Source: Octopus vulgaris (taxonomy: Eukaryota). Taken from it: a stretch of 64,000 nucleotides of DNA. The translations under genes were made by a program, and so were the position numbers. A model generated the notes under the pieces. The model was not told the DNA's origin. It did no database searches and was given only the letters and a program-made list of their open reading frames with translations. Position 1 is the stretch's first letter; every line of letters starts with the position of its first letter. The stretch lies in contig OX597831.1 of assembly GCA_951406725.2 (NCBI GenBank), positions 20,832,001-20,896,000 on the forward strand. Reading direction: 5' to 3'. This document shows positions 42,451 to 55,430 of this stretch, piece after piece.

Positions 42451-42834
42451 GAGGCGCAATGGCCCAGTGGTTAGGGCAGCGGACTCACGGTCATAGGATC
42501 GCGGTTTCGATTCCCAGACCGGGCGTTGTGAGTGTTTATTGAGCGAAAACACCTAAAAAGCTCCACGAGGCTCTGGCAGGAGATGGTGGTGATCCCTGCT
42601 GTACTCTTTCACCACAACTTTCTCTCACTCTTACTTCCTATTTCTGTTGTACCTGTATTTCAAAGGGCCGGCCTTGTCACTCTCTGTGTCACGCTGAATA
42701 TCCCCGAGAACTACGTTAAGGGTACACGTGTCTGTGGAGTGCTCAGCCACTTACACGTTAATTTCACGAGCAGGCTGTTCCGTTGATTCGGATCAACCGG
42801 AACCCTCGTCGTCGTAACAGACGGAGTGCTTCCA
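42451..42834 (+). mobile_element. SINE family B, full length with TSD
   Basis: tRNA-like head gaggcgcaatggcccagtggttagggc...ggtttcgattccc. TSD atatttgtat at 42438-42447 and 42837-42846. Confidence 0.92.
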
Positions 42835-43225
42835 AGATATTTGTATCCATGTACGTGTATTAGTAATTTATAAGGTTAGTGTAATAGAGTAGTTCAATCC
42901 GATAAGATCTTAGTAAAGAGAGTTAGTTAGCATTAAGTATGTACGCGTCTCGCAATGTTGATATAAATCGGATGATACTATTAAACAACCTATGTTATTC
43001 ATTTAAGTTTCATGTAGCGGATTTGATGAAGGTTTCACTATGATGTCTAGAACTATGCAACTCATGGTTTAGCAATGATCAGTGCTAATTATGTGATTAT
43101 ATATTGATAAGTTCGGGGAAATGGAGAAATTCTAGTAAATCTATACTAGTTTTGTTTCCAACACAAAATTGTACGATATATATATATATATATACAGCGT
43201 AGGTGTGTGTATGTGTGTGTGTATA

Positions 43226-43444
43226 TTACTCTTTACTCTTACTCTTTTACTTGTTTCAGTCATTTGACTGCGGCCATGCTGGAGCACCGCCTTTAGTCGA
43301 GCAAATCGACCCCGGAACTTATTCTTTGTAAGCCCAGTACTTATTCTATCGGGCTCTTATGCCTAACCGCTAAGTGGCGGGGACGTAGACACACCAGCAT
43401 CGATTGTCAAGCAATGCTAGGGGGACAAACACAGACACACAAAC

Positions 43445-43477
<33 letters not shown>

Positions 43478-43648
43478 CATATATACGACAGGCTTCTTTC
43501 AGTTTCCGTCTACCAAATCCACTCACAAGGCATTGGTCGGCCCGGGGCTATAGCAGAAGACACTTGCCCAAGATGCCACGCAGTGGGACTGAACCCGCAG
43601 CCATGTGGTTGGTTAGCAAGCTACTTACCACACAGCCACTCCTGCGCC
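43226..43648 (-). mobile_element. SINE family A, full length
   Basis: Reverse-complement match to 41956-42364. Confidence 0.92.
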
Positions 43649-43934
43649 TATATATATGTATGTTATAGGAAGAGTTTAGGTCACTGGTGATTTAAAGAAC
43701 TAGGTAAGCGGTCTGAGCGTTCCAATTAATAAGCTACTAAGTTCCAAGTTCAAAACGTGGGTTGAGGTTGAAGTAGACACAAATACTAAAGTCTTACAGG
43801 ATAATAGTGTCTTACAGACACTATTATTTATTTATTTATTCATGTTAGCTGACTTCAATCCACCATTAAAAGAATTTAAATGAATTGATAAGCTCGTCCT
43901 GCTTCGATTTTGTTTTCCTCTTCTTTAATATTAT

Positions 43935-44045
<111 letters not shown>

Positions 44046-44216
44046 GTATACATAGATGAAAAGACAGATGGATACATACACACATACATACACCCATCTT
44101 TGCATATATTCATGAATAACATACGGACGCACACAAAAACACGTACATACATACGTATCCATATATACATATATTCATATACATACATATATATACATAT
44201 ATATACATACAGCAAG

Positions 44217-44285
44217 ATGGCGGTGCCCCAGCATGGCCACAGCTCGTAAGCTGAAACTAGATAAAATAAAAATAAAATAAAAATA
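44217..44285 (+). mobile_element. Solo LINE/SINE 3' tail
   Basis: atggcggtgccccagcatggccacagctcgtaagctgaaactag is nearly identical to the tail at 25628-25670, followed by (TAAAA)n. Confidence 0.75.
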
Positions 44286-44293
44286 CATATACA

Positions 44294-44402
<109 letters not shown>

Positions 44403-44671
44403 GCGTATTTATACATATATACATATAAATTCATTTTGCCAGTAACACTCAAACTGGTTTACTCCGTTACCAGTGCATAGAATGACGATTAATGCACTAA
44501 ATCAAGAAATTGTCCACAAAATCCTGCATAAATGAAACGAGTTTCTCAGAATAATGTTACAGAGATATGTATTTGTAGAATGTGACAGTATGGGTGAGAA
44601 TCAAAACTATAGCTTTATAATCTAACGAGAAGGCCACGTGCTCTTATTACATTCACCTCTACATCCATCAG

Positions 44672-44730
<59 letters not shown>

Positions 44731-44913
44731 GTATATTTGTATATATATATGTATATGCATATATATATATACAGAGTCAGACAGACAGACAGATTGACAG
44801 ATAGATAGATAGACAGACAGACAGATAGATACATATACGTACATACATAAGTGCATATTTTATACATAGTATTATATCTATGTGTACATATAGAGATTTA
44901 TATCTATGTATAA

Positions 44914-44962
<49 letters not shown>

Positions 44963-45114
44963 TGTGTGTGTGTGTGTGTGTATGTATGTGTGTATAGAGT
45001 GATCCCAACCGCGATATTCCCACGTTGTCGGTGAACAATTAATATAACGTAGACAGAGTTCAAATTGTGCGATCTTTTCAAAATTTTAAGTTGTGGCATA
45101 TTTGCTATTATTGT

Positions 45115-45700
45115 AATTTGTAATTGATGGCAAAGCAACAGTATTTTGTTTTTTCAACCATAGTATACTACCAAATGTATTACAGGTTTACAGACCATTA
45201 TTGTGCCTCACTGTGCGTTAGCACTGCAATATTCTCTCTATTTTTTAAAATTATGAATTCAGGTCCAGCACTGCAAATTTCCACGTTCCGCAAACCAATA
45301 TATCTATTTAAAACATGCGACTGAAGATAGAAAAATCGCTAATAGTTGTATATGCATTTTTCAAAGATTATTGCACTTTCATCAGCACCACATGTAATCC
45401 ACCGACTAGCTACGAGCACATTGCTTACATGTCCTCCAAGTTTAGCAGTATAACACAACTAAATAGACTAATTTGCATATTAAACATATTCCAGGCGACT
45501 GGTACCTAAATTTTAATTGTCGGCAAGGAAACAACGTTTCGTCTTGCAAGCATAAGATACTTCAAGGTATATTACAGATTTACTTGTCAAGATTGTGCCT
45601 CAATGTGTGTTAGAAGTGCGATATTCTCACCTTTAGTTTATCTCTCTGGATTGCCTATAGAATACGGAGCCAGCTCCGCAAGTTACGACGTTTCGTAAAC
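45115..45700. repeat. Old direct duplication of unique sequence (about 45115-45300 and 45505-45700)
   Basis: tattacaggtttac..attgtgcctcactgtgcgttagcactgcaatattctc versus tattacagatttac..attgtgcctcaatgtgtgttagaagtgcgatattctc, with similar flanks. Confidence 0.75.
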
Positions 45701-46064
45701 GAAGACGTCTTTGTAAACAATACGAAGATGTAAAAAATGCGATCGTAGAAAGAAAGAAAGGAAGCACACGCGCCATTTATTTTCTTCTGTCTTCCATTGT
45801 ATCGTTTACATTGATGTATTCGGTTATGATAGATCGAGAGTTAGATAAATGGATAGAGCCAACACTTGTAGTGTTGATCATTGTTATACTATATTCATTT
45901 TCGCCATGGCAGGGAAAAATTTCATCACATATACAACGGTTACAATACAGGTTCCGGTTTCCGAGCCTGATGTCTCTTGTCTCACTTTTCTGCACTATGA
46001 CGACCTTGTCAGAACTGGCTGGTGTATTGTTTTCAGCATTCAGGTATCTTTTATCTATTTATCA

Positions 46065-46445
46065 GAGGCGCAATGGCCCAGTGGTTAGGGCAGCGGACTC
46101 GCGGTCGTAGGATCGCGGTTTCGATTCCCAGACCGGGCGTTGTGAGTGTTTATTGAGCGAAAACACCTAAAGCTCCACGAGGCTCCGGCAGGGGATGGTG
46201 GTGATCCCTGCTGTACTCTTTCACCACTCTTTCTCTCACTCTTACTTCCTGTTTCTGTTGTACCTGTATTTCAAAGGGCCGGCCTTGTCACTCTCTGTGT
46301 CACGCTGAATATCCCCGAGAACTACGTTAAGGGTACACGTGTCTGTGGAGTGCTCAGCCACTTACACGTTAATTTCACGAGCAGGCTGTTCCGTTGATTC
46401 GGATCAACCGGAACCCTCGTCGTCGTAACCGACGGAGTGCTTCCA
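46065..46445 (+). mobile_element. SINE family B, full length
   Basis: Near-identical to 42451-42834; imperfect TSD atctatt(t/c)atc. Confidence 0.92.
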
Positions 46446-47263
46446 TCTATTCATCGTTTTACTTGTCGTTACTCCCGTTACATTCAAGACTCTCGTTTTC
46501 CCGCACCAAAAATTACACCCAATCTCACTTCCTCAGTATATCATACCTCTGGAATCTTCACTCTTCTCTTGTCTTTCCTGTAGATATTGATCTGCAACAA
46601 TTCAAATGAAACTTCAAAAATTACAAAGCCTATACCTGTCTCGGTAGTCCTACAAGGATAACATTTACTGTGCCTTTTTTCCAGAGAGCAATTATGAAAA
46701 AAGACAAAATAAAAACCCAACAAAATATTAATAACATTATTGTTGAACTGTTTCCAGAACAAACTCAACATTCTTGTTAAGAACATCATTGTTGAGTTTA
46801 TGTCGCTCTTTGCTGCCTCCATATTTGAAAAGATCGCACAGATTCTTGTCAATTTTCTTGATCTTGATAATTTCATGACTAAATGTCTGTCTGAACGGAT
46901 GTCACTGATACAGTATTTCAAGTTCTGCATTCCTTATATTTTGTTCTTATTTCCGTTCGAAGCGGAAGTATATGTCGGGATTCCAAGATGTAATTTTTGT
47001 TAAGGTTGACGGTGAGATGCGAGCGGTTACAATATTTTATTGTGATAAACAATGTTATGTTGCCATATATTATATTTCCTTATACGAAGAGAGAGATCAA
47101 AGTCAGTATGTTATCAATGGCTGAGAAGGTATTGTTAAATAAACCATTGTTACTGCCTTTCCGATATCCTTTATTTACACACACACATTCACACTCATAC
47201 AGACGCATACATAGTCATACATAGATGTACATATGTATATATATATGTATACGCATATGTATG

Positions 47264-47319
<56 letters not shown>

Positions 47320-47910
47320 AGAGATACATATATATATATGTGTGTGTGCGTGTGTGCATATATATAGTCTGCATATTTGTGTATATCTGCACATACACGG
47401 AAATACAATGCCATACATACACATTAATCTATTGTTTGCATTTATGCATATATGCTATGGTTATATGTATACATAATATGTATGTATTCTTAAATTGAAA
47501 CCTGCATTACAACCTGTTAAGTTTTCCTTATCTTGTGACTGTAACAGTTCCACATGAGTCGATATGATAAACTATAACAAAGGTACTTGCTTGAGGACTG
47601 AAGTCCAATGATTAACACAAATGAAAATAATATATACAGAAATACACTCACACACGCACAATTCAGTGTAATATGGGCGAATATTTAAGAAATCCTTTTG
47701 GCGAAAGCAAGGTCTCACGTTCGAAAACACTGCGTGCTATCTTATTCAAATGTCTTTTTTCTATTGTAATGTGTTGACTTTGAATCAATTGTGAAGAAAA
47801 TTGGGGAGGCGGAACCTATATAGAAGCCCGTCAGGTGGATTCCACCTATAATTTAAAAATAACAATGTTTTCTCACACTGTGTTTCCACTAACAGTGCCT
47901 AATAATTGTA

Positions 47911-48077
47911 GAGTGGCTGTGTGGTAAGTAGCTTGCTTACCAACCACATGCTTCCGGATTCCGTCCCACTGCGTAGCACCTTGGGCAAGTGTCTTCTATT
48001 ATAGCTTCGGACCGACCAAAGCCTTGTGAGCGGATTTGGTAGGCGGAAACTGAAAGAAGCCCGTCGTATATATGTAA

Positions 48078-48133
<56 letters not shown>

Positions 48134-48380
48134 ATGTATGTTTTTGTGTGTGTGTGTGTTTGTGTGTGTGTGTTTGTCCCCTCAACATCGCTTAACAACC
48201 GATGCCGGTGTGTTTATGTCCCCGTAACTTAGCCGTTCGGCAAAAGTAACCTATAGAATAAGTACTAGGCTTACAAAGAATAAGTCCTGTGGTTGATTTG
48301 TTCGACTAAAGGCGGTGCTCCAGCATGGCCGCAGTCAAATGACTGAAACAAGTAAAAGAGTGACAGAGTAAAGAGTAAAG
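47911..48380 (+). mobile_element. SINE family A, slightly older subfamily
   Basis: Full head, body and tail with variant bases (ccaaagccttg, actaggctt). Confidence 0.9.
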
Positions 48381-48919
48381 GGGTAAGGTACACATGTCTG
48401 TGGAATGCTTATCGTAGAGTCGTCTTAGTAATGATACACAACACCAATGTAGTGGACCCCATAGTATATATTTATTGACAGCATGTCCCAAAATCTGAGC
48501 CGCTTCTGTTCAACTACCCGGTGTACCCATGTCTTAAGACAGTACTGACATAGCGCCAACTTCATGTTTATTTAATATCTAATTCAGTCGATCAATGAAC
48601 TGAATAGTTACCATGAAAACCGACAGACGGCCATACATATACATTTGTACATAAGTATGTCTATAAGTGTGGATGCATATGTATATATATGTATGCGTGT
48701 GTATGTTTAGCATTTGTATGTACGCCAGGTTTTATATACGTATTTCTATGTACGTCTGTAACCAGCAGCAATATTTTTCTGATATATTCAGCTATGTAGA
48801 AGTGCAAAAAATTGATATTATAACACAATACAGCTATGATAACATTGTAATATAATAAATAAAACGTTGTCAACACGCCAAAGTTAGACAACTACAAATT
48901 ATACATAGTACATGTAAAA

Positions 48920-48963
<44 letters not shown>

Positions 48964-49029
48964 ACACACACACCCTCTCTTCCCCCCTCTCTCTCTAACA
49001 GACATTCTCTCACGCGCAGATACTAACAC

Positions 49030-49060
<31 letters not shown>

Positions 49061-49061
49061 C

Positions 49062-49120
<59 letters not shown>

Positions 49121-49193
49121 GAAAGAGAGAGAAAGAACTAGTTTTAAATCTCTCGGTGAGAGATACACCCTAGCAGTACGGAATAGTAAAGTT

Positions 49194-49540
49194 TATTTGC
49201 CAACAGAATGTGGCGGCTCTCTAAAGGACGATGTTACTGTGGCTTAAGTCCCAAGAAAACATCTTTTCCACCAGGCTATCCATACACAGTCTGTGCCCGT
49301 ATAGTGTTTGCAAGGGAGATCATCGCTCCTATCTCCAGCCTTACGTGATACTCACAGACCATGGTTTCTGAATGTATAACCGTACTCATATCTGTGAGTA
49401 TCACGTAAGTTGGGAGTTGGGAGCAATCACTATACGGACGCAGACTGTGTGTCGATAGCCAGGTGGAAAAGATGTTTTCCTGGGGCTTAAACAACAGTAA
49501 TATCGTCCTTTAGAGGACCGCCATATTCTGCTGGCAAATA
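49194..49540. mobile_element. Fold-back (MITE-like) element of about 350 bp with a hammerhead-like remnant at its apex
   Basis: Outer arms of about 120 bp with about 14 differences; perfect 19-bp inner stem at 49340-49358 / 49391-49409. The minus-strand apex contains GAAAC-CAUG-GUC. Confidence 0.8.
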
Positions 49541-49548
49541 TTCTGCTG

Positions 49549-49615
49549 GCATCGGTTGTCAAGCAATGCTAGGGGGACAAACACAGACACACAAACATAT
49601 ACACACACACACACA

Positions 49616-49663
<48 letters not shown>

Positions 49664-49823
49664 TACGACAGGCTTCTTTCAGTTTCCGTCTACCAAATCC
49701 ACTCACAAGGCATTGGTCGGCCCGGGGCTATAGCAGAAGACACTTGCCCAAGATGCCACGCAGTGGGACTGAACCCGGAACCATATGGTTGGTTAGCAAG
49801 CTACTTACCACACAGCCACTCCT
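49549..49823 (-). mobile_element. SINE family A lacking its 3' part
   Basis: Head and microsatellite are present; truncated at the fold-back element. Confidence 0.88.
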
Positions 49824-50067
49824 ATATATGTAAATTTATATGAATCTATTTATCCATCTATCTATCATAATATTGACGTCACCTACAACATTTTAGATAG
49901 TTGGCTTTCTTAGATATCTGGCATACCCTCATTATTCCTTATTGGGTAATTTATTAGTGAACTCATTTATTTCTCTAGCTCCATATTTGGAATGATGGCT
50001 AATACACTATTACTACCAGCGGGTATTTCCCTACACATCATTTGTAACAGTTTTAATTCCATTCCAG

Positions 50068-50338
50068 GTAAAGGGGTAAAGACCCCCTTCGGTCATGAAT
50101 GGCCTTGGGATTGCACCTAGAAAGTTACCCTCCTAGACACAAGTCCGGGCAAGATTGTTTATGGAAGGCCAGCAGTCGCCAATGCATACCAGCCTCCCCT
50201 CTCCACGCCACCAGTGTTATCCAAGGGAAAGACAAAGGTCGATACAGCTTGGCACCAGTGACGTCGCAACTCATTTCTACAGCTGAGTGAACTGGAGCAA
50301 CGTGAAATAAAGTGCCTTGCTCGAGAACACAACACGCA
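50068..50338 (-). mobile_element. SINE family D lacking its head
   Basis: Near-identical to 6997-7266. Confidence 0.88.
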
Positions 50339-50559
50339 TTCCAGGTACACTCATCTTATTACAAGAAACATGAAAAACATGAAGAATAAAAACTGCAGAA
50401 AATTATTATTAGGTAATGGGTAGATATTACTTGAAAAAAAAAAAACCCGCAGGAATGCTTTTTCCAGTGTGTACACCTGTAAACTCTCCCCGTAAACATG
50501 TTTACCAGCTTATGTTTACATACACATATGTTCACATACACACGAGTAAGTACAATATT

Positions 50560-50956
50560 GCGCAGGAGTGGCTGTGTGGTAAGTAGCTTGCTAACCAACC
50601 ACATGGTTCCGGGTTCAGTCCCACTGCGTGGCATCTTGGGCAAGTGTCTTCTGCTATAGCCCCGGGCCGACCAATGCCTTGTGAGTGGATTTGGTAGACG
50701 GAAACTGAAAGAAGCCCGTCGTATATATGTATATATATATAAGCATGTGTGTGTTTGTGTGTCTGTGTTTGTTCCCCTAGCATTGCTTGACAACCGATGC
50801 TGGTGTGTTTGCGTCCCCGTCACTTGGCGGTTCGGTAGAGGAGACCGATAGAATAAGTACTGGGCTTACAAAGAATAAGTCCCGGGGTCGATTTGCTCGA
50901 CTAAAGGTGGTGCTCCAGCATGGCCGCAGTCAAATGATTGAAACAGGTAAAAGAGT
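50560..50956 (+). mobile_element. SINE family A, full length
   Basis: Matches the other family A copies end to end. Confidence 0.92.
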
Positions 50957-51441
50957 ATATCGATAGATATTGGTAAAATAAGTTCCAGATAAAAATTCGA
51001 GGATCGATTGAAAACCCACAAAACCCCCTACAGAAAAGTGCCGTTAACTAAAGACACTACAAATCGGTAATAGAAAGAAACATACTGTGCCAGTGTCTTG
51101 ACTCTAATTATTTAACCCGACCGCCCTTTCTTCTCTGAAACTGTGGTATCCGATTATTCAATATATCAAATACTCTCAGCAATTTATTCTCTTATAATAT
51201 TGAATAACTGATATATGTTATTGTATTAACACTATGTTTGTTCTCTTAGGTCTATAATAACTGCAAAGAGAAAATTGTACGTTTCTTATTTCTTTTAAGA
51301 GTGGGAATAATGTTCAGTTGAATGCTGTCTTCTGTTTGGCAATAATTTCTGATTTCTCTGATGGTTATAATTCTTAGAATTCTAACAATAGATATGTAGT
51401 ATTCCCTGAAGGTGTCTCCATAATTATTGTTTTCCATCATA

Positions 51442-51489
<48 letters not shown>

Positions 51490-51739
51490 ATATATATGTA
51501 CATATATGTATATCTATATATGTATATATATTTACATATATATGTACATACATAATACATGCATATATGTATATATATATATATACACATATATACATAC
51601 ATATTTACATATATATATGTGTATATACATACACACATACATATGTAAATATGTACTTACATGTATACACATATGAATCTTTTAATATTGTCAACATACA
51701 CTGGTGTGCGTCTCAGCATATTTGTGTATATGTATGCAT

Positions 51740-51784
<45 letters not shown>

Positions 51785-52104
51785 GTATGTATAATATGCA
51801 TTTATGTATGTTGAGATCGAACGTCGTTAAATGTATGTTAGGTATATGAGCCAGAAAATTATCCTCAAATAACACCTTGCCGTCTTAATACTGAAGGGCT
51901 CAAAGGATAATCAATATAATCCAGTATATAGAATAAAAAGGAAGGTCATTAATGGAACGCCTTTGATCGAGGAGCAACGTAATCAGGGCTGTACCATTCT
52001 TGAGCAACATCCTCATCACTACCACCACCACCACACCATGCATATGACAGCACCAAGAATAACGTCGACAACAACAACAGAAACAACAGCTGCTACCACA
52101 CACA

Positions 52105-52265
52105 CAAACACACACCACCACCACCACCACCACCACCGCCACCACTACCACTACCACAACTACTACCACCACCACCACCACTACTATTACTACTACCACC
52201 ACCACTACCACCACCACCACCACCCCACCACCACCACCACTACTACCACCACCACCACCACCACC

Positions 52266-52301
<36 letters not shown>

Positions 52302-52318
52302 GCAGCAGCAGCAGCAGA
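52105..52318. repeat. (CAC)n/(TAC)n/(CAG)n compound microsatellite
   Basis: Directly visible; source of poly-H/T/V ORFs. Confidence 0.93.
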
Positions 52319-53278
52319 TGCATGTTTTTAAAATTGAACTGTGATCTACGTATCGGAGGTTTTAATAAGAATTGGCCAGTTTTGCTACTTCTATTTCATT
52401 GCGTTTGGAGTTCAATTCCCATCGAGTATTGAGCAAGTCTTTCGGTGGGGTCGGGTTCAGTTAAGTTAATCGTCAGATAATTCATACTGGGACCGAGTTA
52501 ATTGCTTTTCGTTTAAAGTTCAAGGGTTATTTGGTTTGCACTTCGAAGATTTGATTTTAAAGTTCTTTATCCTTGCGTGTACACTGAGGCACCAATTTTG
52601 ATTCTTCGTTACGTTTAATAGAATAGGAATTCTATATTTTTCTACCTAACAAAACCGTTAGCGTTTTAAACTGTTTTTATACAAAACTAACAACCTTCAC
52701 GCTTGACCTTCCCATATTTAATTTCTCAGTATTGTTTATCCATCTGATTCCAATTATACAGAGGCAGAGAGAAGATATTCATGTTTATATATCTGAAAGA
52801 GGTGATATGTAGAGTGTAACTGATCTTAAATATACTTTCGGTTACCCTGATATAATACTTTTCACTGTTTCCTGTGTATCGAGTAGTTAAAGCAACACAT
52901 TCGTTAGACAGAATATATCAAGTATAACTACAGCTGCATTGGTCTTAAAGAATTGGCCGTTTCCTAACTGAATATGTTTTTCTATAAATTCTACACATGA
53001 AACATCATTTCTCTGCAGCTGTTGGTAAGTTTATTATTTTTGATAAACAAATTATCGCATATGGGTATTGGCAATGTACTTACGAATCAATGTTGAAGCA
53101 TCCCTTGGCAATGTGTATATTAAATGCTGAGGAGAATTGAATCCTATCATGTTTCTTAAGATGTGACCTTCCTCTACTTATATCTACTAAAAAATGAATG
53201 ATTTTAATGTTGGTAAAGTAATTTGAGAGAATCAGAGAGTGAAAGAGGGATAGAGACGAGAGGAATAGAAAGAGCGAC

Positions 53279-53341
<63 letters not shown>

Positions 53342-53417
53342 CAGAGAGAGTTGCCATGAATTTCTTCAGCTCAGTTTGGCTTATATAAATATATATCTTA
53401 TGTTTTACCTCATATGT

Positions 53418-53812
53418 TTTACTTGTTTCAGTCATTAGACTGCAGCCATGCTGGGGCACTGACTTGAAGAACCTTAGTCGAACAAATCGAACCCAGTACT
53501 TAGATATTTTAAGCAAGGTACTTATTTTATCGGTTGTCTTCAGCCGATCCGTTAAGTTATCAGAACGTAAACACATCAACACCAGTTGTCAACCGGTGGT
53601 GGGAGACGCACACATACACAAATGCACGAACGCACGCACGCACGCACACAACACACATACGCACACACATACTCACGCACGACGGATTTCTTTCAATGTT
53701 TGTCCGCCACACCCACTCACGATACTTTGGTCAGCTCGAAGCAATAATAGAAAACACGCGTCCAAGGCGCCACGCAAGGGAACTGAACTCGGAAGCATGT
53801 GGTTGGGAATCT
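53418..53812 (-). mobile_element. Old family A-like SINE
   Basis: Diverged tail (ttgtttcagtcattagactgcagccatgctggggcac) and head. Confidence 0.75.
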
Positions 53813-53842
53813 GAGTCGTTTTCAAACTGATCTTCACCAAAT

Positions 53843-54118
53843 AGGCACAGACGTGGTTGTGTGGTAAGTAGCTTACTTACCAACCACATGGTTCCGGGTT
53901 CAGTCCCACTGCACGGCACCTTGGCCAAGTGTCTTCTACTATAGCCTCGGGCCGACCAAAGCCTTCTTTCAGTTTCCGTCTACCAAATCCACTTGCAAGG
54001 CATTGGTCGGCCCGGGGCTATAGCAGAAGACACTTGCCCAAGATGCCACGCAGTGGGACTGAACCCGGAACCATGTGGTTGGTTAGCAAGCTACTTACCA
54101 CACAGCCACTCCTGCGCC
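53843..54118. mobile_element. Two family A SINE heads fused in inverted orientation
   Basis: Plus-strand head 53843-53965 is joined directly to minus-strand head 53963-54118; both tails are absent. Confidence 0.88.
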
Positions 54119-54377
54119 TATATATTTGTAAATATCCTTTTTCTTCTACGTTTTTCAGCCATTACGTTGCGGCGATGCTGGGGGCATCGCATTATAGAAC
54201 TTTTAGTTAGAGCCGACCCCAGTATTAACTATTTCATTAAACCTGGTACAAGCCCGTGGTCGGCCTGCAGCTGTAGTAGAAGATACTTGTCCAGAATGTT
54301 ACGCTGCGTTGATTGACTCCAGGCCATGCAGTTGAGAAGCAAGCCGCTTACCACAACAACAACTTCTGCGCTGACAA

Positions 54378-54471
<94 letters not shown>

Positions 54472-54501
54472 GTATATTTATGTATATCTATATCTATATA
54501 T

Positions 54502-54550
<49 letters not shown>

Positions 54551-54621
54551 GTGAGAATTTACGTAAAAAACAAAAGACAAAGATGGGTGTGTAAATAACA
54601 AACGTTCAAGAAGTGAGAAAG

Positions 54622-54658
54622 TATTTCACGTTTCGAGCCTACGCTCTTCGACAGAAAG
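54622..54658 (-). ncRNA. Hammerhead-like motif with variant core CUGUCGA; this copy is probably inactive
   Basis: UCUUU-CUGUCGA-A-GAGC guag GCUC-GAAA-C-GUG-AAAUA. Sister copies at 17673 and 36556 have GUA-AAAGA, which restores the triplet and stem I. Confidence 0.5.
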
Positions 54659-54702
54659 AACGCAGAAACAAACAAGGAGAGAAAATAGAAAAGGTTTAGT
54701 GG

Positions 54703-54762
<60 letters not shown>

Positions 54763-54764
54763 AT

Positions 54765-55430
54765 GTATAAATTCTATATACCAGTGTATAATCAATACTC
54801 GTAATAAAGTACGATTTTACATTGGAAGCACATCGCTAGAGTTATCTAAAAGAATTTCTATCCATTACTCAACATTTAGGGATAGAAATAAACGGAATAG
54901 TACCGGCCTCAGCAAACTGATTTGGGATCTAAAAGACCACAATGAACAATTTCATTTAGAATGGTTGATTCTCTCAATCTCGATACCTTATGACAAAGGC
55001 AATGAATTCTGTCCTCTCTGCAATTCGGAGCTATTTTTCATTATTTTTTCACGGTTATAGAGCGAGCATACTGATGTAAACATTGGCAAAAACACACGTT
55101 TAGTGCATATAAGTAGTCTCTATCATTATATATAATTTAAACTTTAATTTCCTTTATATTTAACATTCACTATTAATATCCCTACTCTTTCTGTTAGCTA
55201 CTTATGACGTTATATCATATAACGTTTTTTTAAACAATATTAATAACGTTCAGTCAATCGCTATACAAATCCATCATTTTTTGCTAAAATGTCTTATTGA
55301 CGAGTGTCGTCTTTTTCACTTTCCCGAAGAGAATATTGCATTGTTTATACCATTTATTCTTTTGAATAGTATCAGTGGAATTTTTGAAACGTGAGTCGAA
55401 GGTAAAAATATTTGATTTACACCTGCGTTA
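54765..55430 (+). mobile_element. Penelope-like element 3' fragment: GIY-YIG endonuclease plus pseudo-LTR
   Basis: NSIYQCII..FYIGSTS..LSKRISIHYSTF..STGLSKLIWDLK..CPLCNSELFFII is the PLE GIY-YIG pattern; a hammerhead lies downstream. Confidence 0.85.
55319..55402 (+). ncRNA. Putative type-I hammerhead (CCGAAGA core) in the PLE pseudo-LTR
   Basis: CUUUC-CCGAAGA-[long imperfect stem II]-GAAA-CGUGA-GUC-GAAGG; stem I CUUUC/GAAGG. Confidence 0.6.

Noticed and set aside
45315-45392. CUGAAGA(+) and CUGAUGA(-) hammerhead candidates, and a miR-92-like seed tattgcact
   Set aside because: Stems I-III cannot be formed consistently and there is no convincing pre-miRNA hairpin.
45200-45635. PDZ-like or RT-like ENIA(V/L)LTH(S/I)EAQ on the minus strand
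   Set aside because: Stop codons follow within two codons in both copies; too short to assign.
45066-46838. 17-bp inverted match tgtgcgatcttttcaaa
   Set aside because: An isolated match of this length is plausible by chance in 64 kb of AT-rich DNA, and it does not extend.
46541-47150. 129-aa ORF or host exon
   Set aside because: No recognisable domain; a DLFKYGG motif in another frame hints at an old RTE relic but is too weak to call.
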